Source: Parvibaculum sp.
Lineage (GTDB): Bacteria; Pseudomonadota; Alphaproteobacteria; Parvibaculales; Parvibaculaceae
Length of the DNA stretch: 24,000 nucleotides
Direction of reading: 5' to 3'
Assembly: GCF_046297875.1 (NCBI RefSeq)
Contig: NZ_JBKBHD010000001.1
Location: 1,729,273-1,753,272, forward strand
Both the position numbers and the translations under genes were made by a program. The notes under the pieces were generated by a model. That model was not told where the DNA came from and made no database searches. It was given only the letters and a program-made list of their open reading frames with translations. Positions 17,607 to 24,000 of this stretch are shown here, piece by piece. Numbering within the stretch: the stretch's first letter is position 1; the number at the start of each line of letters is the position of its first letter.

Positions 17607-17684
17607 GGCAGTCTCCCCGATGCGGTGCTCACATCAAAGAAATCAGCTTGCAGTGATTCCAGCAATCAAAAGAGAGGGGCCCGG

Positions 17685-18419
17685 CTAGTTGGCCACACCA
17701 GCCTCCAGCGCCCGGATGCGGGCGAGCAGGGCCTTGTCGCCGATATGGGCCTCCGTCAGGCGGTCGTCCGCTGAGGGAGCTGTGGTCCGGTCGTCTTCGG
17801 CCGTGGCGTCGAGCCGCTCCAGCGAGGCCTTGACCTCGGCCAGTGTGCGCGCCGCCTCGTCTTCATTTACCGCTGTTTCGGCTTTCGGGGCTTCGGCATG
17901 CGTTGCCTCAATCGGCTCCTCAGCGAAGACATGGGGATTGGCTGTCGCCACGGGAACCGGGCTGGGTTCAGGCGCATCGCCGATCGCTGTCTCGAGCGCG
18001 GAAATCTCATGCTTCAGCGCTGCGATCCGCTCAGCGATATAAACGGCATTCTGGCCGATATGGGCGCGCAATGCCGCTGCCTCCGCGCCCAGCCGGCCTG
18101 TCTCCGCCCGCAAGCTATTGATTTCACTGGCTAGAGCGGTGTTTTCGCGCACCAGGTCGTCATGTGACGCCGAAAGGGCTTCCTTGTCGCTGCGCAGACG
18201 GCTGATTTCGGCTTCGAGAGGGGCCGTTTCGCTGCGATGGCGCTGCATCAGGTTGTCGAGTTCGCGCACCCGCGCATCGTCAACGGTTTCGGTTTCCGTC
18301 TCGACGAGGCTGCGTCTGGTCACAGTGACAGCCCGGCGCCACACGAACTGGGCTGCAATTGCCGCAAACAGCGTGGCAACGAAAAAGCCAAGAGCAATCA
18401 GCATCAGGCTCTCGATCAT
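17685..18419 (-). CDS. membrane-anchored coiled-coil protein, function unknown
   Basis: There is an N-terminal TM helix (MIESLMLIALGFFVATLFAAIAAQF). It is followed by Ala/Glu/Leu/Arg-rich heptad-like sequence. I recognise no family. Confidence 0.6.
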   Translation of the reverse strand: MIESLMLIALGFFVATLFAAIAAQFVWRRAVTVTRRSLVETETETVDDARVRELDNLMQRHRSETAPLEAEISRLRSDKEALSASHDDLVRENTALASEINSLRAETGRLGAEAAALRAHIGQNAVYIAERIAALKHEISALETAIGDAPEPSPVPVATANPHVFAEEPIEATHAEAPKAETAVNEDEAARTLAEVKASLERLDATAEDDRTTAPSADDRLTEAHIGDKALLARIRALEAGVAN

Positions 18420-18543
18420 GGCTTACCTGCATGGAACGGCGCCATTTGGCGCGTCGGGATGGAAAACTCCGGGAGCCTGCCAGAAATCCGGCCATGCTTC
18501 CACCTTGGACGCATGTCAGGCAGTCAATTCGCGGATGTGTGCG

Positions 18544-19155
18544 TCAGAAGGGCAACCATTCGCGCGTTTTAGTATATTTGAGGTAGCCGACAGATGCGCC
18601 GAGCCGGACGCCGACGCCAGAACGCATCGGTGCCAGAATAACGTCGTCGCGCTGCTGATAATTGATGCCGATGCCGCCGATCAGATAGGCGCTGCCCTCG
18701 ACGCCGGGATAGCGCCGGTAAATGGTTTCTCCGTTGGGCAGATTGTAGACCAGGGTGAATACCTTCACCGCGTTGCCACCAAAGTCCCAGCCTGCGCTCG
18801 GCCCCTGCCAATAGACGCGCTGCCGCGTGCCGTTCTTCATCACGAGTTCGCCCTGGCCATAGCGCAGCCCGAGAACGAAGGCGCCGCTTGCTTCCTCGCC
18901 CTTGATATAGGCATTGGGTTCGCCATAGGCCTCGAAAACACTATGAACGGCATCGGCGAGGCCCTGCGATACGTCGCCAAAGAAGTCGCCTGCCTCCTTG
19001 ACGATCTCATCCTGCTTGTAGGTGTCTTGATTGTTCCCGGATTGGGCGGCAGAGGGCTGAGCAGCAAATGTCAAGAGCGCAAGACCGATACACATGCCTG
19101 CAATGACCGGCGATCCCCGGAACATGCGCCTCGGCTGCGAATTGAAGATGGTCAT
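18544..19155 (-). CDS. DUF1134 periplasmic protein (EipA-like envelope integrity protein)
   Basis: A signal peptide (…LALLTFAAQPSAAQ) is followed by GLRYGQGEL...YWQGPSAGWDFGGN...GSAYLIGGIGINY...GVRLGASVGYLKYT, matching DUF1134/Brucella EipA as I remember it. The start is at ATG 19155, preceded by GGAGGG. Confidence 0.8.
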   Translation of the reverse strand: MTIFNSQPRRMFRGSPVIAGMCIGLALLTFAAQPSAAQSGNNQDTYKQDEIVKEAGDFFGDVSQGLADAVHSVFEAYGEPNAYIKGEEASGAFVLGLRYGQGELVMKNGTRQRVYWQGPSAGWDFGGNAVKVFTLVYNLPNGETIYRRYPGVEGSAYLIGGIGINYQQRDDVILAPMRSGVGVRLGASVGYLKYTKTREWLPF

Positions 19156-19345
19156 GCTGCCCTCCTGTCCCGTCCGGCGCTTGCCGCCCGGCATCGTCCG
19201 TTTGCCATCGAATCGCCGTCAATGATTGCGAAAGTCTATATTAGAATCACATAGATTGAGGCATGGCGATATTGACGGCAGAGCATGGCGAAACAGTGGC
19301 CGGCCCGCGATGGCGCAAGTCCGGCTGCGTTGGAGCGCAATCGAT

Positions 19346-21415
19346 ATGCTGAAGGGCCGATGGCGCAAGCTGGCATTTTTCACTGTGCTCCTGCTGCTGG
19401 CGGTCATGATTGCCGCCGTGTGGGCCTGGCAGCAGCGCCGCGGCCTCGCCGAGCAGGTGATCGGTCAGGCGCTGGCGGAGCGTGGCATTGAGCCTGTGTC
19501 GTTCTCCGTCTCATTTATCGGGCTGCGGAGCATTTCGCTTTCGGATGTGGTGATCGGCGACCCGGCTGCACCGGATGTTCATGTCGACAATGTCTCGGTC
19601 TCCTATTCTCTCGGCGAGCTCATGTCCGGCCGCGTCCGTTCAATCGATGTTGGCGAGGCGAGGGGCCGGCTGGCATTGTCGGAAGATGGCCTGTCTTTCG
19701 GCGCGCTCGATCCGCTGCTGAAGGGGGAGGGCGGTGGCGGCGCGGCGCAGATACCACCGGTCGAGATCGAAAGTGCCCATATCGAAATCAAAACAAAGGA
19801 AGGCATACTTTCGATTGTTGGGCCTCTAGCCATTGTTCCGGACGGTGATGCATTTGCCGTTTCGACTGCAGGTATCCTTATCAGCGAGACAGGCGATGCG
19901 CCTCGTGTCGCTCCATTGCACGCGGCAGGTGCAGCGCGCATCGCGCCCGGCGCGATTTACCTCGAAGGCCAGATATCTACTGCGGACGGAGAACGCAGCG
20001 GCGTTCCGTTGATGCGCGTCGAGGGTGAATACGACATCGCCTTGCGGCAAGGCGCCCTGCGCGGCGAGGGCACGTTGTCGCTCGATAGAGATGGATTGAC
20101 GGTTTCGCGTCTCGCCCCGGTGCTCGCGCCTTACTACATCGACCTTACGGGCGCCGTTTCATATCGCGGGGAAGCTGTTTTCGACGGTGAGGCGATTTCG
20201 GTGAACGGCGAAGCCGACATGCAGAATCTCGCCTTGCGGCAAACGGCGGCAGGCGATGCGCGCCTGACTGGCCTTGTGAAATTGGCTGCGGTAACGGGGG
20301 GCGCTGCCGTGCCGCTTCGTCTGGAATTTTCCGGCGTTCGGGTGGAGGACATGTCACGCCCGGAGCGTTTCGCGCCGGTGACGATCGAGGGGCCTTTGAC
20401 GATGGTGAGGCGGCAGATTGAAGCCAAACTTGTCGTACGCAGCGCGCTTCCCGCGATCCGCGGCGCGCGCCTTGCGAATATCGACGGCCGGTTCGATATT
20501 GCCAAGGGTGAGGGGGAAATGCGGGCCAATGGCGACCTTGCCCTGGCGCCGGACAAGCTCGAATTGCAGACCATATTGCCGGTGTTCAAAGATGCCGTCA
20601 TGCAGATGAGCGGCGGTCTGTCCTATTCGGCGCAAGCGAGACTGTCGGGCACCGGGCTGGCGACATCGGGCCGGGTGACGCTTAAAGATACCGGATTTGT
20701 TGCTGCCGCAGTTACTGCGCGTGGCGTCAGCGGTGTGGTCAACTTCAAAAACCTTGTTCCGCCGGCAACGAGTGGCGTGCAAACGCTGACGGTACGGGAA
20801 ATCGACGCTGGCGTTCCGCTCGAGAAGGGAACGGTCTCATTCGAAGTGGATCGGACGGGCGTGCGGATCGTCGATGCGACCTGGCCCTTTGCCGATGGCA
20901 GGCTCGTTCTCGCATCCCGGGGTACATCGGCGTTGGCGGACGACGCGGCGTTTCTGTTGACGGTCGAGAATGTCGATCTGGGCATTTTGCTCGAGATCGC
21001 AGATGTCCCCGGCCTGCGGGCCACAGGACATATTTCCGGTGGCATTCCCGTCGTGATCCGTGATGGCGACCTCGTTCTTGTTGATGGTGCATTGGCCGCG
21101 CAGGAGAAGGGCACCATCGTCTATCGGAGCGAGGCGGGCGATGCTGTGCAGACCGAGCAGACGAAGCTGCTCACCGATGCGTTGAATAATTTCCATTATA
21201 CGGAACTCAGTGGCGGTCTGTCCGGCAATGCAAATGGCGAAGTAGTGCTGCGCCTTTCATTGCGCGGGTCCAATCCCGATCTTTATGAGGGATATCCGTT
21301 CGCGATCAATGTGAATGTCGAAGGATCGCTTGCAGACCTGTTTCGCCGTGGTACCGTTGGCTTCAGGCCTCTTGAGCTCATCAAGCAGCACCCGGATGCG
21401 ACCAGGGTGCCGTGA
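19346..21415 (+). CDS. ydbH: YdbH-like (AsmA-like family) envelope protein
   Basis: There is an N-terminal TM anchor and a long beta-rich repetitive body. The C-terminal segment is YdbH-type (...LNNFHYTELSGGLSGNANGEVVLRLSLRGSNPDLYEGYPFAINVNVEG). It is followed by ynbE and ydbL homologues, as in the E. coli ydbH-ynbE-ydbL operon. The start is uncertain (ATG 19346 or 19310; the track gives 19226). Confidence 0.8.
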   Translation: MLKGRWRKLAFFTVLLLLAVMIAAVWAWQQRRGLAEQVIGQALAERGIEPVSFSVSFIGLRSISLSDVVIGDPAAPDVHVDNVSVSYSLGELMSGRVRSIDVGEARGRLALSEDGLSFGALDPLLKGEGGGGAAQIPPVEIESAHIEIKTKEGILSIVGPLAIVPDGDAFAVSTAGILISETGDAPRVAPLHAAGAARIAPGAIYLEGQISTADGERSGVPLMRVEGEYDIALRQGALRGEGTLSLDRDGLTVSRLAPVLAPYYIDLTGAVSYRGEAVFDGEAISVNGEADMQNLALRQTAAGDARLTGLVKLAAVTGGAAVPLRLEFSGVRVEDMSRPERFAPVTIEGPLTMVRRQIEAKLVVRSALPAIRGARLANIDGRFDIAKGEGEMRANGDLALAPDKLELQTILPVFKDAVMQMSGGLSYSAQARLSGTGLATSGRVTLKDTGFVAAAVTARGVSGVVNFKNLVPPATSGVQTLTVREIDAGVPLEKGTVSFEVDRTGVRIVDATWPFADGRLVLASRGTSALADDAAFLLTVENVDLGILLEIADVPGLRATGHISGGIPVVIRDGDLVLVDGALAAQEKGTIVYRSEAGDAVQTEQTKLLTDALNNFHYTELSGGLSGNANGEVVLRLSLRGSNPDLYEGYPFAINVNVEGSLADLFRRGTVGFRPLELIKQHPDATRVP

Positions 21416-21480
21416 TGCTGAAGGCGAGAGGAGAACCCGCAGAAATTTTGGTTCGGAGCGCGAGAATGCGAGGGAGATAC

Positions 21481-21702
21481 ATGTACAGAAATCAAGCCTT
21501 CGAACTCCGGCGGCACCGTGCCATGGCATTCGTGGTCGCTGCGACTTGCCTCGTCGTGGCTGGCTGCAATCCGACGGTGAAGATCGAGGCGCCGGACAAG
21601 CCCATCGAAATCAATCTGAATGTGAAGATCGAGCAGGAGGTGCGCGTCCGGGTCGACCGCGATCTCGACGATCTTCTTGCCAAGAACCCCGACCTGTTCT
21701 GA
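21481..21702 (+). CDS. ynbE: YnbE-family small lipoprotein
   Basis: A lipobox (LVVAGC) is followed by NPTVKIEAPDKPIEINLNVKIEQEVRVRVDRD, the YnbE signature. ATG 21481 follows GGGAG. Confidence 0.75.
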   Translation: MYRNQAFELRRHRAMAFVVAATCLVVAGCNPTVKIEAPDKPIEINLNVKIEQEVRVRVDRDLDDLLAKNPDLF

Positions 21703-21716
21703 GGGAGAACTGGATC

Positions 21717-22067
21717 ATGTATGCAATCGCAAAGCGCCATCTCCCGCTTGCCCTGTTTCTTTTCGTCTTTCTGGCCGTTTCCCCTGCATGGGCGATGGAT
21801 CTCGACTCCGCCAAGGCGCAGGGCCTCGTCGGCGAGAAGCTGAACGGTTATGTTGGTATCGTTACGGCCTTGCCCACGCCGGAAGTGTCGAACATGGTGG
21901 ACGAGATCAATCGCCGCCGCCGGGGCTCCTATCAGGAAATCGCCAACAGGACGCCGGGCGCGACGCTTGCCTCGGTCGAGGTGCTGGCGGGTGAAAAGCT
22001 GATCCAGCGAACGCCTTCGGGCCAGTTCGTGGAGACAGCGCCCGGGCGCTGGGTGAAGAAGCCCTGA
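21717..22067 (+). CDS. ydbL: YdbL-like periplasmic protein (DUF1318)
   Basis: A signal peptide is followed by LDSAKAQGLVGEKLNGYVG...EINRRRRGSYQEIA, which is DUF1318/YdbL-like. ATG 21717 follows GGGAGA. It is in frame with the distal part of track ORF 21315..22067. Confidence 0.75.
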   Translation: MYAIAKRHLPLALFLFVFLAVSPAWAMDLDSAKAQGLVGEKLNGYVGIVTALPTPEVSNMVDEINRRRRGSYQEIANRTPGATLASVEVLAGEKLIQRTPSGQFVETAPGRWVKKP

Positions 22068-22319
22068 TCTGACCCGTTTCGGCACGCGCGCGCCCATATT
22101 GGAGCGCATGGTGCGGGAATACTGGCTTCGAATGCCGGTTTGCGGTCCATTCCCGCCCGCCCGGCGCGGCATATGCCTTGCAAATTACTTTGCAGCAAGC
22201 TCTTCCGCCCGCCGTTTCATCCGCGTGGCGGAGCCGGTGCGGGCCTCCGACGGTCGGGGGGCCAGTTCGCAGTCCGCACCGGTCAGCTCGCTTTATCCGA
22301 CGGCCTCGACAGCACCGCG

Positions 22320-22346
22320 CCCGGATCCGCTTTCAGCGGGTCCGGG
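22320..22346 (-). terminator. GC-rich hairpin downstream of cysQ (terminator-like, no U tract)
   Basis: On the minus strand, CCCGGACCCGC-UGAAA-GCGGAUCCGGG pairs at 10 of 11 positions. It begins 18 nt after the cysQ stop. There is no following U-run, so an intrinsic-terminator function is uncertain. Confidence 0.3.
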
Positions 22347-22363
22347 CAGGGTGCCGCGCGTTC

Positions 22364-23185
22364 TCAAACAAGTATGCCGCGAGCAACGAAGAAGGGATTG
22401 TCGAGCCCGCGTTCCGTCTTGCCATAGATGAGCGGTGTGCCGTCGAGCTGGGTTACGCTGCCACCCGCCGCAGCAAGTACGGCGTGTCCGGCGGCTGTAT
22501 CCCATTCCATGGTGCGGCCATGACGGGGATAGAGATCGGCTTCGCCTGCTGCGATGACGCAGAATTTGAGCGACGAGCCGGCGGCGAGAAATTCCTTCAC
22601 CTTGTAGAGGTTCAGATATTCGTCGGTCTTGGTGTCGCGATGGGTGCGGCTTGCAATGACGACGAGCCCGTCGTCTGCGGGTCTGCGCGCAGAGATCGCG
22701 TGTGAGGGGCCTTCGCTGCTTCCCTTGCTGCAGGCAGCAACCGTCTCCTCGAAAGCGTGTCCCTTGCCGTATCCGAAGAACATGCGCTCCTTTGCGGGCG
22801 CATAGACGACACCCGCGACCGGCAACCGGCCTTCGATGAGCGCGATGTTGACCGTGAATTCACCGTTCTTGTTGATGAACTCCTTGGTGCCGTCGAGCGG
22901 GTCGACAAGGAAGAAAGCGTGCCCGACATCGGGAATATGACCCGCGGCGGCGGCCTCTTCGGAAACGATGGGAATGTCGGGGGCAACGCGGCGCAGCTCG
23001 GCAAGGATGATCGCCTCGGCATCATTGTCAGCTGCCGTGACCGGGCTGTTGTCGTCCTTCCGGATCACTTCGAAATCGGTGCGATAGTGATCCATGATGG
23101 CGGCGCCGGCCATCAGGGCGATGCGGCGCAGTTCGCGGGTCAGGCCCGCCTTGTCGGAAATTGTCAAAACTCTGGTCCCTGGCAT
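22364..23185 (-). CDS. cysQ: 3'(2'),5'-bisphosphate nucleotidase CysQ (inositol monophosphatase superfamily)
   Basis: The product shows SPVTAAD, VSEE, LVDPLDGTKEFINKNGEFTVNIALIE and WDTAAGHAV. It is collinear with E. coli CysQ. The start is at ATG 23185. Confidence 0.88.
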   Translation of the reverse strand: MPGTRVLTISDKAGLTRELRRIALMAGAAIMDHYRTDFEVIRKDDNSPVTAADNDAEAIILAELRRVAPDIPIVSEEAAAAGHIPDVGHAFFLVDPLDGTKEFINKNGEFTVNIALIEGRLPVAGVVYAPAKERMFFGYGKGHAFEETVAACSKGSSEGPSHAISARRPADDGLVVIASRTHRDTKTDEYLNLYKVKEFLAAGSSLKFCVIAAGEADLYPRHGRTMEWDTAAGHAVLAAAGGSVTQLDGTPLIYGKTERGLDNPFFVARGILV

Positions 23186-23326
23186 CTGCCGGCCCCGCAT
23201 TCTTGCCGATCTGGTCCGGTCCTCGCCATGTGGGAGAGGTTGCCGCAAGTCGGGCAGGGCTGGCATTGAAGGCGGTGCAATGCTATCAGGCTTTCTAGAC
23301 TTTCAGGGGTGCCGGGGCAATTCGAT

Positions 23327-23989
23327 ATGAGCGAAGCAACCGAAGTTTCCGCGCTTGAGCTTGCAGCTTTGATGTGCAGCCGGGTGTGCCACGATGTCAT
23401 CAGCCCGGTGGGGGCGATCACCAACGGGCTTGAGGTGCTCGCGGATGATGACGATCCCGAGATGAAGGCCCATGCGATGGAGCTCATTACCAAGAGCGCC
23501 GCGCAGGCCTCGGCGAAGCTGCAGTTCGCACGGCTCTGTTTCGGGGCCGCCGGTTCGGCGGGGGCCGAACTCGATCTTCAGGACGCGAAGGCTGTGGCCG
23601 AAGGCCTCATGGCGGGGGAGAAGGCATCGCTTGCCTGGGATGCGCCTGCTGCGACCATCGGCAAGGACTATGTGAAACTGCTTCTCAACATGGTGCTGAT
23701 CGGCATGGCCGCCATTCCGCGCGGCGGAGAGGTAGCGGTGACGGTCGAAGGCGATCTCGCAAAACCGGTATTGCGTGTCCGCTCGACAGGGCAGGCTGCG
23801 CGCGTGCCGGAGGAAACGGACAAGTTTCTCGGCGGGCGGGCGGCGGACCGTTTCCTCGATGCGCGCGCCGCGCAACCTTATTTCACGGGGCTTGTCGCGC
23901 GTTCGCTCGGTCTGACGATCAATGCGCGGATGGATGCCGATGCCTTTGTGATCGAGGCCTATTTCGCCGATGCGGGCGCCGGCGTCTGA
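23327..23989 (+). CDS. chpT: histidine phosphotransferase ChpT (CckA-ChpT-CtrA phosphorelay)
   Basis: LAALMCSRVCHDVISPVGAITNGLEVL is the ChpT-type DHp helix with the phosphorylatable His. It is followed by a degenerate CA-like domain. ATG 23327 is preferred over the track GTG at 23309. Confidence 0.85.
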   Translation: MSEATEVSALELAALMCSRVCHDVISPVGAITNGLEVLADDDDPEMKAHAMELITKSAAQASAKLQFARLCFGAAGSAGAELDLQDAKAVAEGLMAGEKASLAWDAPAATIGKDYVKLLLNMVLIGMAAIPRGGEVAVTVEGDLAKPVLRVRSTGQAARVPEETDKFLGGRAADRFLDARAAQPYFTGLVARSLGLTINARMDADAFVIEAYFADAGAGV

Positions 23990-24000
23990 TCCTGGTTCGT

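Noticed and set aside
18118-19254. 378-aa plus-strand ORF spanning the coiled-coil and DUF1134 genes
   Set aside because: It is antisense to two better-supported genes and crosses their intergenic region. It has no motifs.
22178-23875. ORFs 22178..22705, 22757..23269 (+), 22612..23025 (-) and 23303..23875 (-)
   Set aside because: They are shadows of cysQ and chpT respectively. Both real genes have diagnostic motifs in the chosen frames.

Overview
This is a high-GC chromosomal window, apparently above 60% GC from hand-counting a few lines, and it looks alphaproteobacterial (Hyphomicrobiales/Rhizobiales-like). Most of it is ordinary core genome. It contains a TPP riboswitch followed by two small membrane proteins and thiC. 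It also carries a D-aminoacylase-family amidohydrolase, msrA, a fused polytopic-membrane/spermidine-synthase-like protein, an AI-2E family transporter, rpoH, rluD, tRNA-Glu(CUC) and a MAPEG protein. Further on are a DUF1134/EipA-like periplasmic protein divergent from a ydbH-ynbE-ydbL operon, then cysQ and chpT. Two regions are not core. (1) At 2871-3478, just after thiC, there is decay debris: an N-terminal stub of a Mug-like glycosylase abuts a 5'-truncated IS3-family transposase remnant that keeps its right inverted repeat. (2) At about 10870-15078 a visibly AT-richer islet of about 4.2 kb sits between rpoH and rluD, with no integrase. It holds two convergent modules whose stop codons are 2 bp apart. 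One is an m5C-methyltransferase, NaeI-like restriction endonuclease and Vsr operon on the minus strand. The other, on the plus strand, is a DUF262 (ParB/Srx-like, GmrSD N-domain type) gene immediately followed by a 166-aa gene with an R-x4-H HEPN-type motif. This DUF262+HEPN pair is the best candidate for an uncharacterised defence system here. It resembles GmrSD with the DUF1524 DNase swapped for a separately encoded putative RNase. Many long ORFs in the track are antisense shadows of real genes, as expected at this GC content, and were rejected. All calls rest on motif recognition by eye; no searches were run.
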